NCBI GenBank assembly: GCA_963803435.1
Contig: CAWDML010000008.1
Span: 704,001-768,000 of the forward strand
Reading direction: 5' to 3'
Origin: an uncultured delta proteobacterium
GTDB taxonomy: Bacteria; Myxococcota; Kuafuiibacteriia; Kuafuiibacteriales; Kuafuiibacteriaceae
Length of the DNA: 64,000 nt
Below are positions 1-12,649 of the stretch, in pieces. The notes below the pieces were generated by a model. That model was not told where the DNA came from, made no database searches, and saw only the letters and a list, made by a program, of their open reading frames with translations. The first letter of the stretch is position 1. Each line of letters starts with the position of its first letter. The translations under genes and the position numbers were made by a program.

Positions 1-104
1 TTATCGGCGGCCGCACGCGCCAGGTTGACCGTTGGGCGCGGGTCCCGGTGCCAATTCCTGGGCAGATCCTCCCGATCTCGGGCCCGACACCCCGACCGCG
101 GGCG

Positions 105-761
105 CTACCTCGGTGGAGAGAGCGATCCGAGCTCATCGCTCGGCGGGGGGACGGAGAGCTGGCCCGTGCGCTTCGGTGCGTCCTCGGCGTACGCGATGAC
201 GCGATCCCTCAGCAGTAGATCGATCTCGGCCCGTAGGTCGGCTTCCACGGCGGGGATGTGCTTTCGCAGCGCGCGATGCGTGAAGTACATCGGCACCAGC
301 GGCAGCGTCAGCGGAACGAGCCAGCGAAGGATGCTGCCGAGTCCCGTCGTGAGCGGCGAGAGCGCGACCATTCCGATCACCAGGGCGATCGACGCGTACG
401 GCAGGACGAACCGCGTCGACCAGGAGAGCGCGACCGTCGACTCGCTCCGCCCGCGCACTCTCCGAACGAAAGAAAGGTGTGCGCCGAATCCGAGCGGCCG
501 GATCGATCGTCGTCCTCGGCGCTCGAAACCCGCCCGCACCGCCGCCTCTTCGAGCAGCGCCTCGATCTCCTGTTTCGTGCCGTGCAGGCGCAGCTCGCGG
601 CAGTGCTCCCGCACCAGAGAGAAGTTCGAGCTCGGGACCGTCAGCTCACGCCCCATCGAGGATGAAGCGAGGATAGCACGGGCGGCGGACGGGCCGGATG
701 CGCGGGCGCCGCCCGGCCGTTGTGCCCGATCGCGAATCGACGATGTGGCTGGCTGGTTCAC
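105..761 (-). CDS. Hypothetical membrane protein
   Basis: 218-aa ORF with two hydrophobic segments; no recognised motif. Confidence 0.55.
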   Translation of the reverse strand: MNQPATSSIRDRAQRPGGARASGPSAARAILASSSMGRELTVPSSNFSLVREHCRELRLHGTKQEIEALLEEAAVRAGFERRGRRSIRPLGFGAHLSFVRRVRGRSESTVALSWSTRFVLPYASIALVIGMVALSPLTTGLGSILRWLVPLTLPLVPMYFTHRALRKHIPAVEADLRAEIDLLLRDRVIAYAEDAPKRTGQLSVPPPSDELGSLSPPR

Positions 762-815
762 ATCCGCTCACGGGGTGAGCCCATTCGAGCAACCCGATCC
801 TCTGGATGACCGAAG

Positions 816-1803
816 ATGGGCACGATGGTGAGGCCGACGACCGCCACGGGTGCTCCGCCCGAACCGTGGAGCTACGCATCGCCCGTGCTCCCGGAGAGCG
901 GCCCGGCAGTCGACCGCGACCTCAATCGGTACGCGCGCGGGGCGGGTCGGGGGGCGCCGCGGAGGATCAGCGACGTCCCCGGGCTGGTGAGCGCGACCGC
1001 TGAGTTCTGGCCGCTCTACCACGCCGCGCTCCGCGGCGAGGAGATCCTCCCGCCGGGCGCGCGCGACCACGCCTATCTCGCGGTGCAGGGCCTCTTCGGC
1101 AACCAATGGTCGAAGTCGAGTTTGATGAGATACATGGGCGCAAGCCTGGGCGCGCTCCAGTCGCTCGATGCGAAGGCCGGCTTCGCCTCCATCGACACCG
1201 AGGCTCGCCTGGCGTCGAACATCCCGCGGCTCGAGGGCGACATCCTGGCCGCAGCCGAGCGCGCACCCTCGGGGATGGTGATCCCGCTGGCCCACAGCAT
1301 GGGCGTGCCGCTCAGCCTGGCGACGCTGGCGCTCCGCCCCGAGGCGAAGTCGAGGGTCGCGGGACTGATCGCGATGCAGGGCGCCGTCGAAGGATCGCTG
1401 CTGGCCGAGAGCTGGGCGATGAGGAACGTCGTCGGACGCGCCTTGATGGCCCGCTTCCACGGCGATCTCGGGTACCATCGACGACCTCAAGCCCGGCGCG
1501 CTGGCAGCGCTGCTCGACGGCGCGCCCCTCCCCACCGACGTGCCCACGGTCTCGCTGGTCACCAGCACCCGGAGCCTGGTGTCCCCGCTCGCGCCCACCG
1601 CGATCTACCTCGGCCTCGCTCGCGGCCGGTCGTCCGACGCCGCGGTGCCCTATCGCTCCCAGGCCGTACCGTACTCCGACGTGGTCTCGATCCGCGGCCT
1701 CGACCACGGACAGACCACCATGGCAGGGCCCTTCGGAAAGATCGATCAGCGCGCCCTGACGTTGGCGCTGACGGCCCTGGTGCTCCGGAAGATGGAGCGA
1801 TAG
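816..1803 (+). CDS. Alpha/beta hydrolase (lipase-like), frameshifted at ~1471
   Basis: AHSMG nucleophile elbow and VQGLFG oxyanion-like motif. Removing one G in CTCGGGT joins it to the frame ending ...SDAAVPYRSQ...GLDHG...KMER* at 1803. Confidence 0.7.
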
Positions 1804-1900
1804 CCGCGGCGGTTCGAGCTTCACCGGTCCCCCCGGCGTTGATGTTTGGGCTGCCTCCGCCTCGATCTCGATCCACGTCTGATGGTACCGAGCGACTGAG

Positions 1901-3320
<1,420 letters not shown>

Positions 3321-3337
<17 letters not shown>

Positions 3338-5810
3338 CCTGCTCCTGCTGGGCCTGGCCGCCTGCGCCCCGATCGACGCCGGCGAGCTCGGCCAGTGCGG
3401 GAACAACGTGGTCGAGCCTGCCGCCGGCGAGGACTGCGATCTGATCGCCAATCCGGCGCTCGGCGACGGTCTGGTCTGCGGACCTCCGGACGGGACTCCG
3501 AGCGCCTGCCGCTACCTGTGCTCGGGCGGCGCGCGCTGCCCCGAGGGCTGGGCCTGCTTCGCCGATGGCCTCTGCCGTTACCCGAGCACCACGTTCGTCG
3601 CCGAGGAGGAGCCGCGGGCGATCCTGCGCGTCGATCAGCTCGAGGTGGCGCGCTTCTCGAGCGGGGGCGCCGAGCCGGTCGCGCGTCTGGGCGCCGACCT
3701 CTTCTTCCCGCAGCGCGGCTTCCAGCTCTCGATCGCCGGTGCGGACGGTGCGCTCGCCGTGGTGGGCAGCACGGACGAGTCCCAGCCCCCACTGGTGGCG
3801 CTCTCGGCCCTCGCGCCCGACGGCGTGCTCGCGCTCCACGTGCTGGGCCACGACGGCGATCGGTTCGTGACGCGCGCGACGCCCGGTACGCCCACGGCCG
3901 CGATCGCGATTGCTCCCGTTCGCACCACGACGAGCGGGATCGACGCCCTGGTCCGGGTGGTCCGGAGCGCCGACGGCGTCCTCACCGCGGTGCTCGACGC
4001 CGATGGCTGTCCCTCCGACTTCACGCTGTCGATCGCCCAGGACGAGCCGGAGCCGCGGAGGCCTGTCTTCGGCTGGTCCCGTCGCGGCGGACAGCTCCGC
4101 GCCGAGCTCGCGTTCGCCTTCGCCGGCTCTAGGCGCGTCCTGGTGGCGGAGGTGGACGGGTGCACGATGGCCGCCGCCGCCGAGCTGACCGCGCCCGCGC
4201 CAATCGAGCGCGCCGGCGTCAATCTGCTCGACCTCGATCGCGACGGGGCGCTCGAGCTGGTGGCCTACCTCGAGGGCTCCGAGGTCGCGGTGGCGCACGC
4301 CACGCCCGCGGGCTTCGGCCCCTTCGCCGTCGACACCGCGTTCGAGGCGTTCGACGATCTCCCCGACGATCAACCGCGCGAGTGCGATGGCGAGCGCTTC
4401 GTCCTGGCGGCCGGCGACCTCGACGGCGACGATCTCCCCGACTTCGTCACCGAGGACGCGATCTTCGTCTCGGCGGGCATGCCCGGCTCGTACCGGCGCG
4501 CCTTCGTCCGCGACCGCGGCGATGCCTGGGCCGAGGCCGTGGTGGGCGACTTCGACGGCGACGGGCACGCCGACGTGGTGGTGAGCATCCGCTCGCGTGC
4601 GGTCGACTGCGACCCGACCGAGCTCGAGCTCTACCGCGGCTCGGCTGCCGGCGATCTCCGCGGCCGCCTGCTCGGCGGCGTCTCGGGGCCCGAGCTGCTC
4701 CGTACCGGCGACTTCGACGGCGACGGGCTCCTCGACCTGGCCGCCACCGAGCGCGCCGTGGACGAGGGGCGCCGGGTCTCCGTCTTCTACGGCGACCGGA
4801 GCGCCCCGCTCGACGACCGCACCTCGGCCGGCGGCTTCGACGAGGTGGCCGAGCTGGTTTCGTACGTCGGGCCGGAGCGCGCGCTCAACCCGGATCGCAT
4901 CTTTGATCTGCGGGTGGTCTCGAACGCGCCGGGGAGGGTCGAGACCGCGCTGCACGGCGATGCGGCGCGCACGCTCGTCTCGCCGATCACGATCGCGGGC
5001 GGCTCCGGCCCGGCCAGCCTGCTCGCGGGCCCGCTGCTCGGCGGCGACGATCGCTTCGACCTCTTGGTGCTCCGCGAGGGAGGAGGCGTCGCGCTCGCCG
5101 GCGGTGATCTGGCCCGGGCGACCGATCCGCTCCCTGTGGACGGCCTTCCCGCCGTGTTCCGGCCCGCCTGCGCGGACTTCGCGGTCTCCCAGGACGACGA
5201 GGGCGCGTTCTTTGCCATCGACGGCCACCTCGCGACCAACCCGGCGGTGCTCGATCGGCTCAGCTTTCCCGAGTGCGATCACCTCGGCGTCCCCTCCACG
5301 ACGTTCGCCGGCCGGGCAGTCACGGACGGCGGCGCGGTGCACCTGACCGGCGCCGCGCGCACCCTGGACGGCGAGGGCCGCGTACCCCAGAGCGCCCTGT
5401 TGCTCGATCTTGATCGCGACGGCCGCGAGGATGCGCTGGTGCTGTTCGCGTACCAAGGGCGCACGCGCCGCGGCCTGCTGCAGCTCCTCCCCGATGTCTC
5501 CGCCGGCGAGCGGGCCCCGGTGCGGCTCCTGGAGTCGGAGGACGTCCTGGGGATCGCATCGATCGGCGCGGACCGCGACGATGATCGCGAGGTGGCGGTG
5601 ATGACGACCTCCGGCATCCGCATCCTCGACTACGACGACGACCTCGAGCAGATCGTGGCCTCGCCGGTGGTGGTCCCGATCCCGGACTTCGAGCCCGAGG
5701 ACGGGCCCTACGCGCTCCGCGCCGCCGACATGAACGACGACGGCCTCGATGATCTGATCCTCCTGTACGGACAAGGCCTGTTCGTCTTCCCCGCGATCCC
5801 GAGCCCCTGA
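3321..5810 (+). CDS. FG-GAP/VCBS repeat lipoprotein
   Basis: Lipobox LAAC, Cys-rich N-terminus, repeated GDFDGDG/DLDRDG motifs. Confidence 0.85.
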
Positions 5811-5812
5811 CC

Positions 5813-6997
5813 ATGCACGCGATCGTCGCCCTCACCCTGAGCCTCGCGGTGACCGCACCGACGGCCGACCAAGAGGAGGAGGCGAGAAAGCTGTTCGACG
5901 CCGGCGGCGCCGCCTATGCGCACGCGCGCTACGCCGACGCCGCGCGCGCCCTCGGGGCCGCCTATCGCCTGCTGCCGCGGCCGGCCATCGCGTTCTCCTG
6001 GGCGCAGGCGCTCCGGCGCCAGTACTTCGTCGACCGCGATCGCAGGACGCTCGATCGCGCCATCGCGCTCTTCGAGCGGTACCTCGAGGAGGTGCCGGAG
6101 GGCCACCGCCGGGAGGACGCGATCAATCAGCTGCAATCGCTGGTGCCGCTCCGGGCCCGGCTGGTCGAGCGGAGACCGACCGCCCCTCCGCCGCCGGAGC
6201 CCGAGCCCACGCCCACGCCCGAGCCCGAGCCCGAGCGGACCGAGCTGATGATCTATACGGCGGTCGCCACCGCCTCCGTCTCCATCGACGGCGCGCGCGC
6301 CCCGGGCTCCGGCGCCATCGTGGAGGTCGCGCCCGGCCCGCACGCGGTGAAGGTCGAGGCCCCCGGCTATTACGACGAGACCCGGAGCGCGGTCGCCCAT
6401 GCGGGCCGGCTCATCCCCATCGAGGTGCCGCTCCGGGCCAAGCCGGCCCTCGTCAGCGTGGACGGCCCCGAAGGCGCGGAGGTCTTCCTCGACGGCGAGC
6501 GCGTGCGGGCGCTCCCGCTCGAGGCGCCGCTCGAGGTCGCCGCCGGCGCGCATCGACTCGCGGTGCAGCAGGATGGCTCGATCCCGTTCCGGACGGAGCT
6601 CCGGGTGTCGCGGGACGGCCGGGCCCGGATCGTCGCCGAGCTCCCCTCGACCGCGCAGCGTCGCGCCGCCGTCGCCACGCTGGGGGCGGCCGCCGCTCTG
6701 GGTGCCGCCGCGCTGGTCACCGGCGCGCTCGCGCTCCACTTCGAGGTGCGCGCCGCCGGCATCGACGATCTCCGCGGTGAGGAGAACATCGACAGCGAGA
6801 CGCTCGAGGGCGAGCAGAGCGATCTGGCGCGTCGCGACGCCCTCCGCACGGCTGCGATCGCCACGCTCACCGGCGCCGCCGCCGCGGGCGGGATCGGCCT
6901 CCTCCTCTACCTGTTCGACACGCCGGCGCCGCCCGTGGGGCTGCTCCCGCTGGAGGACGGCGCGCTCCTCACCTTCGGCGGCCGCTTCAGCCCTTGA
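5813..6997 (+). CDS. TPR + PEGA domain exported protein
   Basis: Signal peptide, TPR-like helices, Pro-Glu linker, two PEGA-like repeats (VSIDG, VFLDGE...GAHRL), C-terminal hydrophobic helices. Confidence 0.82.
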   Translation: MHAIVALTLSLAVTAPTADQEEEARKLFDAGGAAYAHARYADAARALGAAYRLLPRPAIAFSWAQALRRQYFVDRDRRTLDRAIALFERYLEEVPEGHRREDAINQLQSLVPLRARLVERRPTAPPPPEPEPTPTPEPEPERTELMIYTAVATASVSIDGARAPGSGAIVEVAPGPHAVKVEAPGYYDETRSAVAHAGRLIPIEVPLRAKPALVSVDGPEGAEVFLDGERVRALPLEAPLEVAAGAHRLAVQQDGSIPFRTELRVSRDGRARIVAELPSTAQRRAAVATLGAAAALGAAALVTGALALHFEVRAAGIDDLRGEENIDSETLEGEQSDLARRDALRTAAIATLTGAAAAGGIGLLLYLFDTPAPPVGLLPLEDGALLTFGGRFSP

Positions 6998-7547
6998 GGG
7001 CGCGCGCCAGCCACGCCTTCGCGATCCGCCAATCCCGTCGGACCGTGGGGACCGAGACGCCTAGCGCCTCGGCAATCTCCTCGTGGGTGAGCCCGCCGAA
7101 GAACCGGCACTCCACGACCTTCGCCTGGCGCGCGTCGAGCGCGGCCAGCTCGGCCAGCGCCCGGTCGAGCGCGAGGAGCTCCTCGCTCTTCATCTGTTGC
7201 CCCATGACGGCGTCGTCGAGCGTGACCCGGACGCCGCCGCCGCCGCGCTTCTCGGCGCGCCGCGCCTCCGCGTGGTGAACGAGGACCCGCCGCATCGCCA
7301 GCGCCGCCACCGCGAGGAAGTGGGCGCGGTTCCTCCACTCCACCCGATCCTGTCGCACCAGCACCAGGTAGGCCTCGTTGACCAGGGCGGTGGCGCTCAA
7401 GGTGTGATCGGCGCGCTCGCGCCCCATTCGCCGGCCGGCGATCGCCAGGAGCTCCTGGTACAGCAAGGGCAGCAGGCGGTCGACCGCCCCCCGATCGCCC
7501 GCCTCGACCGCGGCCAGCATCGCGGTGATCTCGTCCGCGTCCGACAC
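6987..7547 (-). CDS. ECF sigma factor, TIGR02999/ECF43-like
   Basis: LLPLLYQELLAIA, HTLSATALVNEAYL, WRNRAHFLAVAA, AEKRGGG, ECRFFGGLT, TVRRDWRIAKAWL; GTG start at 7547 inferred. Confidence 0.9.
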   Translation of the reverse strand: MSDADEITAMLAAVEAGDRGAVDRLLPLLYQELLAIAGRRMGRERADHTLSATALVNEAYLVLVRQDRVEWRNRAHFLAVAALAMRRVLVHHAEARRAEKRGGGGVRVTLDDAVMGQQMKSEELLALDRALAELAALDARQAKVVECRFFGGLTHEEIAEALGVSVPTVRRDWRIAKAWLARALKG

Positions 7548-7599
7548 GCCCTGATGGTAGCCCAGGGACCGGGCGTGGGCGGGGTCACGAAAAAAAGTC

Positions 7600-7628
7600 T
7601 GATCACTTTCTCCGCGGCTTCCGGCGTT
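7600..7628 (+). promoter_or_regulatory. Candidate ECF-type promoter for the cytolysin gene
   Basis: TGATCAC at 7600 and CGTT at 7625, 7 nt before the ATG at 7636; no Shine-Dalgarno, so possibly leaderless. Confidence 0.35.
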
Positions 7629-7635
7629 CACGGAC

Positions 7636-9438
7636 ATGAAGAAGATCCTGATCCCCTTCCTCACTGCCCTGTGGGCCTGCGGCGGCGGCGTGCCGCCCGC
7701 GAGCGAGGTCCAGTCGTACCTCGAGGCTCTCCCCTCGTGGCCCGCTCCGGAGGCCGACGCCGACGGTCCCAGCGGCGAGCCCTTCGCCTTCGACGAGGTC
7801 GACGAGGGCGTGCTCTACACCTGCACCGAGACCCCGTACGACATCACCCGCACCCCGGAGAAGCTCGTCACCTACAACCCCGGCGCCGACGTCTTCTGGC
7901 CGGGCGTCCTGCTCCAGGGGCGCGGCTACCGCGGGGGCGCGGGCTCGTTCGTCGAGCTCCCCATCCGCAAGCGCGCGCCGCTGGCCGTTTCGATCGATCT
8001 CCTCTTCGGCGGCAACACGCGCACCGTGGAGCGACCCGACCTGGCGTCGGTGAACCAGGCTGTCGGCGAGATCATCGAGTCGGCGCGCGACGCGCACATC
8101 GAGCCTCAGAGCAGCGTGGTGTTCGACGAGGTGGTCAGCCACTCCGTGGAGCAGACCGCGATCTCGCTGGGGCTCTCGGCGCGGTACCTGAGCTTCTCCG
8201 CCAAGGCCCGGCTGGCCGCCTCCCGGGAGGCGAACCGCACCACGATCACCGCTAGCTTCACGCAGCGCGCCTTCACGGTCTCGGTGGTACCGCCCGAGAC
8301 CCCGGCCGGCTTCTTCTCGCCCGACTTCACGCGCGCCGACCTCGACCAGCAGATCGCGCTCGATCGGCTCGGCCCCGACAACCTCCCGGTCTACCTGGCC
8401 AGCGTCAGCTACGGCCGCGTGCTCCTCTTCTCGTTCACCGCCGAGGCCACCAAGAGCGAGATCGTGGGCGCCCTCAACGTCATGGCCGACACGCTGGTCG
8501 CGAGCGGGAGCGTCGATCTCAGCGCGCGGCAGCGCGAGATCCTGAGCAGCGCCGAGATCTCGGTCTTCACCATGGGCGGCGACGACGACGCCGCGTTGGC
8601 GCTGATCCGGAGCGGCGATCTTCGCGACTACTTCGCAAAGGACACCACCATCACTGCCTTCGCGCCGATCTCCTACGTGCTGCGGAACGTGGGCGACAAC
8701 AGCATCGCGCTGGTCAGCGAGACCACCGAGTACACCGTGAAGTCCTGCGCGGCCTCGACGGCGGGCGAGATCCCCGAGGAGGGCCTGCGGGTCGAGTATC
8801 TCTTCAATGAGTCCGAGCGCATCCCCGGGAACCCGGGCGCGACGCCCAACAGCGCGCCCACCGGCTCGAGCCTCGATGGCGTCATCGAGAACGGCTGCCG
8901 CGTCAGCCCCACGGCGGATCGCTTCGGCTACGCGGACCAGGCCTACGACTTCTTCGGCGCCAGCGGCTGCAGCTCCGCCGAGCCCAGCCTGATCTCGGTC
9001 GAGGCGGCCGGCTACACCGACGCGCTCACGTTCGCGCTCTGGGTGACGCCGGGCGTGAACGGCGGGTTCCTGCTGGGCCAGTCGTCCGGCCCCCACCTGG
9101 AGATGAACCCCGACCGCGTCGTCTCCTTCGTGGTGCCGAACGGTCCGACCCTCAGTGACGGTGTCCCCCTCGAGGACAGCGAGTGGACCTTCTTCGCCGC
9201 GACCGCCGAGCCGACCGCCGACGGCGTCCGCATGGTTCTCTATCGCGACGGTCTCGAGGTCGCGCGGGAGACCGGGGAAGCGCTCGGCGTCGATTGGCTC
9301 GCGCCGACCCTGATCGGAAATGCCCGCCGCTCTGGCCGCGACCACGACTTCCAGGGCAAGCTCGACGACATTCGCGTCTACGACCGCGCCCTCACCGCGG
9401 ACGAGCTCGCCATCCTGAACGCCGAGGCTTCCCGATGA
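7636..9438 (+). CDS. Thiol-activated cytolysin family (CDC-like) lipoprotein with C-terminal LamG-like domain
   Basis: Lipobox LWAC; FWPGVLLQG, PLAVSIDL, PVYLASVSYGR, TMGG, PISYVLR; C-terminal DRFG...TFALWV...FQGKLDDIRVYDRALT. Confidence 0.85.
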   Translation: MKKILIPFLTALWACGGGVPPASEVQSYLEALPSWPAPEADADGPSGEPFAFDEVDEGVLYTCTETPYDITRTPEKLVTYNPGADVFWPGVLLQGRGYRGGAGSFVELPIRKRAPLAVSIDLLFGGNTRTVERPDLASVNQAVGEIIESARDAHIEPQSSVVFDEVVSHSVEQTAISLGLSARYLSFSAKARLAASREANRTTITASFTQRAFTVSVVPPETPAGFFSPDFTRADLDQQIALDRLGPDNLPVYLASVSYGRVLLFSFTAEATKSEIVGALNVMADTLVASGSVDLSARQREILSSAEISVFTMGGDDDAALALIRSGDLRDYFAKDTTITAFAPISYVLRNVGDNSIALVSETTEYTVKSCAASTAGEIPEEGLRVEYLFNESERIPGNPGATPNSAPTGSSLDGVIENGCRVSPTADRFGYADQAYDFFGASGCSSAEPSLISVEAAGYTDALTFALWVTPGVNGGFLLGQSSGPHLEMNPDRVVSFVVPNGPTLSDGVPLEDSEWTFFAATAEPTADGVRMVLYRDGLEVARETGEALGVDWLAPTLIGNARRSGRDHDFQGKLDDIRVYDRALTADELAILNAEASR

Positions 9439-11117
9439 AGACGATCACCACGCTCACGTTCCTCTCGATCCTGTCCGCCTGCAGCGGCGGCTCCGGCGAC
9501 GACGCCACCTTCGTGCCCGGCGGCGACTTCCCGCCCGCCGGCGCCTCCCTGGTCTTCGCCTCCATCGGCGACTACGGCGACACCGGCGACCTGGCCGACG
9601 GCGAGACCAACACGCTCCAGGTGGCGAAGCTGGTGAAGTCCTGGGACCCCGACTTCATCGTGACGGTCGGCGACAACGACTACACCGACGGCGAGTTCGC
9701 CGGCTCGTTCACCGGCCTCGATCTCGGCGTCGGCCAGTACTTCGCCGAGTACATCGGCGACTATCGCGGCACCAAGGGCACAGGCGCCGCTGAGAACCGC
9801 TTCTTCCCGATCCCCGGCGATCACGACTACGGCGACGATTGCGACAACCCCCGGCTCGGCGACTACCTCGACTACTTCACGCTTCCCGTGGGCGAGACCG
9901 ACGAGACCTACTACGACGTGCGCCGTGGACCGGTGCACATCTTCACCATCGACAGCATCGAGGAGTGTCATCAGGACGGCGGCGCCAAGCTGGCCGCCGA
10001 GCGCGCCTGGCTGGAGCGCACTGCGCGGGCCTCCGACGCGCCGTACAAGATCGTGCTCATCCACCAGCCGCCCTTCTCCTCGGGCGCCCGGCACGGGAGC
10101 AACCCGCGCACCCAGTGGCCGTACGCGGACTGGGGCATCCAGCTGGTGATGTCGGGCGACGATCACATCTACGAGCGCATCGAGAAGGACGGGGTCACCT
10201 ACCTGGTCAACGGGCTGGGCGGCGTGGAGAAGCACGACATCGGCGCGCCCATCGAAGGCAGCCAGGTTCGCTACAACGCCGAGTACGGCGCCGTCGGGCT
10301 GGCGGTGCTCGCCGATCGTCTGGAGGTGGCCTTCGTCTCCGTCACGGGCGTGCTCGTGGATCGCTTCACAATCTCGAACCCCAGCCTCGACTGGTTCCGG
10401 CCCGCGCTCGACACCACCTGGCAGTGGCAGCTCCAGGGCACGATCGACCAGAGCTACGACGTCGATCTGTACGACGTGGATCTCTTCGAGACCGACCAGG
10501 GCACCATCGACGCGCTCCACGCCGCCGGCCGTCGCGTGATCTGCTACTTCTCGGCCGGGTCCTACGAGGACTTCCGGGCCGACCGGGACGCCTTCGCCGC
10601 GACCGATCTGGGGAGCACGCTCGACGGCTACCCGCACGAGCGCTGGCTCGACGTGCGGACCGAGTCGGTCCGGAGCGTCATGAGGGCGCGCCTGGACCTG
10701 GCTGCCGCCAAGCAATGCGACGGGGTCGAGCCCGACAACGTGGACGGCTACAGCAACGACACCGGCTTCCCGCTGACAGGCGAGGACCAGCTCGCGTTCG
10801 ACCGCTTCCTGGCCGCGGAGGCCCACGGCCGCGGCCTGGCGGTCGGTCTCAAGAACGATCTCGATCAGGTGGCGACGCTGGTGGACGACTTCGACTTCTC
10901 GCTCGACGAGCAGTGCCACGAATACGACGAGTGCGAGCTCCTCCAGCCCTTCGTCCAGGCCGGCAAGCCGGTGTTCGTCGCCGAGTACCTCGATCGCTAC
11001 GTCAGCGACACCGGTGAGCGCGACGCGCTCTGCGCCTCCTCGCGAAGCGCCGGCCTCCACACGCTGGTGCTCCCGGTCGATCTCGACGACAGCTTCCGCT
11101 ACAGCTGCGAGCCTTGA
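9435..11117 (+). CDS. Lipoprotein fusing a metallophosphoesterase to GH114 (endo-alpha-1,4-polygalactosaminidase-like)
   Basis: GDYG, GDNDY, GDHDY, HQPPFSS, SGDDHIYER; then WQWQLQG, VICYFSAGSYEDFR, DGVEPDNVD, GLKND; ATGA overlap with the upstream gene. Confidence 0.85.
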   Translation: MKTITTLTFLSILSACSGGSGDDATFVPGGDFPPAGASLVFASIGDYGDTGDLADGETNTLQVAKLVKSWDPDFIVTVGDNDYTDGEFAGSFTGLDLGVGQYFAEYIGDYRGTKGTGAAENRFFPIPGDHDYGDDCDNPRLGDYLDYFTLPVGETDETYYDVRRGPVHIFTIDSIEECHQDGGAKLAAERAWLERTARASDAPYKIVLIHQPPFSSGARHGSNPRTQWPYADWGIQLVMSGDDHIYERIEKDGVTYLVNGLGGVEKHDIGAPIEGSQVRYNAEYGAVGLAVLADRLEVAFVSVTGVLVDRFTISNPSLDWFRPALDTTWQWQLQGTIDQSYDVDLYDVDLFETDQGTIDALHAAGRRVICYFSAGSYEDFRADRDAFAATDLGSTLDGYPHERWLDVRTESVRSVMRARLDLAAAKQCDGVEPDNVDGYSNDTGFPLTGEDQLAFDRFLAAEAHGRGLAVGLKNDLDQVATLVDDFDFSLDEQCHEYDECELLQPFVQAGKPVFVAEYLDRYVSDTGERDALCASSRSAGLHTLVLPVDLDDSFRYSCEP

Positions 11118-11127
11118 GCTGGGCGGC

Positions 11128-11604
11128 TCACTCCCCGTTCTTCAGACCCTCGTCGACACCCTTCTGGAACTCGTCCGCGGCCTGGTCGACCTCGCGGAGG
11201 AACTTGCCGACGCCCTGGCCGAACGAGTGGATCTTCTCCCGATCGAGCCGGCCCTCCGGGGTCTCGATCGCCGACTTGAAGGCGTCGACGAGCGCGCGCG
11301 CGGTCTGTCCGGCCTGGTCGGCGGCGCCGACGGCCAGCGCCTCGACCAACATCTTGGCCAGCTCGACTCTGACGCTCTCGGTGGCTTCGGCGTAGCCGCG
11401 GCGGAGCTCGCGTCGTTCGTCCGCGTCGGGGAGGTCGCGGTCGGCGCGGTCGAGATCCGCCGTGAACCGGTCGAAGGTGAGCTGGCCGGCGCGGAGCAGC
11501 TTCGCGTGCTCCTCCCCGAGGGCGAAGCCGCGCTCATAGGGGCTCTTGGTGCAGGCGGCGAGGGTGAGAAGGAGGGACAGCGCGAGGAGGATGGCTCGGG
11601 TCAC
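11128..11604 (-). CDS. Hypothetical helical lipoprotein
   Basis: LLLTLAAC lipobox after an inferred GTG start. Confidence 0.7.
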   Translation of the reverse strand: MTRAILLALSLLLTLAACTKSPYERGFALGEEHAKLLRAGQLTFDRFTADLDRADRDLPDADERRELRRGYAEATESVRVELAKMLVEALAVGAADQAGQTARALVDAFKSAIETPEGRLDREKIHSFGQGVGKFLREVDQAADEFQKGVDEGLKNGE

Positions 11605-11655
11605 GCCCCGATCACTAGACACGCGGGGAGCCGGCGTCAAAGGCCTGCGCTCGAG

Positions 11656-12649
11656 CTAGTAAAGGAGGTAATCGCTGGTCACCTCGACGCCCTCGACCGT
11701 GCACTCGGCGCTTCGGCCCTCGGCGTTCTTCTTGTAGACGTTGTCGTTTCGCGCTGCCGTCTTCCGGCGCTCGTTCGCCTTCTGCTTCCTGAGCCCGCTG
11801 ACGAACTCGCTCACCGCATCCGGCGCGACGCTCTCCCGACGGGTCGCCTTCGCGTTGATCGCCTCCATCGCGACGGTCGCGAGGAGCGCGCCCCGGTGGT
11901 TGCCGAACAGCTTGTGGCTCGCGAACCAGCGGGCCCCGACGACCTTCCCGCCGACGGCGTAGGCGATCCCGACGACGTTGCCGGCCGTTTCATCGAGGCC
12001 CTTCGTCATCCGGGTGACCAGGAAGTCTCGCTTCTTGGCCACGTCCACAGCGTCGTAGGTCGCCATGAGAGTCCCTGAGGCGGCGGCCTTGCCGTTCGAG
12101 CTGTTGACCTCGGCGACCTTGTCCCAGACCTCGGACTGATCGCGCTCGTACTGTCCTGCGCCGCGGACCTTGGAGGTGGCGAGCGCTTTCGCGGTGGACC
12201 CGAAGACCCCGTCGGTATCGGTGCCGCCGCGGCGCTCGTCCCAGCGTCCGTGCTCGACGCAGAAGGCGTCGACGTCGACGGTGCTCTTGGGGCCGATGAC
12301 GAAGTCCTGTCCGATCTCGGCGATTCTGCTTGCCGCCCTTCACCACTGTCCCCGCGAGGACGAGGATGGAGATGGCGCCTCGATTCTCGATCACCAGCCG
12401 GTTGACCTCGGCCCCCGACGCGTCCTGGTTCCCGAGGTGACCGATTCCTCGGATCTCGGCGAGCTTCTTCTCGAGCGCGGTCTCGAGATCGATCGCGTCG
12501 TCGAAGCGGGGGTCGTCGGTTCCGAGGATTGGAAAGAGGGTGACGCCCTCGAGCACGATTGGGGCGCCGACGAGCTTGTCGGTGCCCTCGATGGGACTGC
12601 CGGCGGAGAGCGAGGAGACGAGGAGCAGGGAGAGGATTGTGGTGGTCAT
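11656..12649 (-). CDS. Exported ARPP-1/DUF6569-like protein, frameshifted at ~12318
   Basis: Signal peptide; VNRLVIEN...LAGTVVKGGKQNR, continuing after one base is removed as QIGQDF...DAFCVEHGRW...QSEVWDKV. Confidence 0.7.

Noticed and set aside
6181-6240. CCCGAG/CCCACG tandem hexamers
   Set aside because: Encodes a Pro-Glu/Pro-Thr linker; not an array
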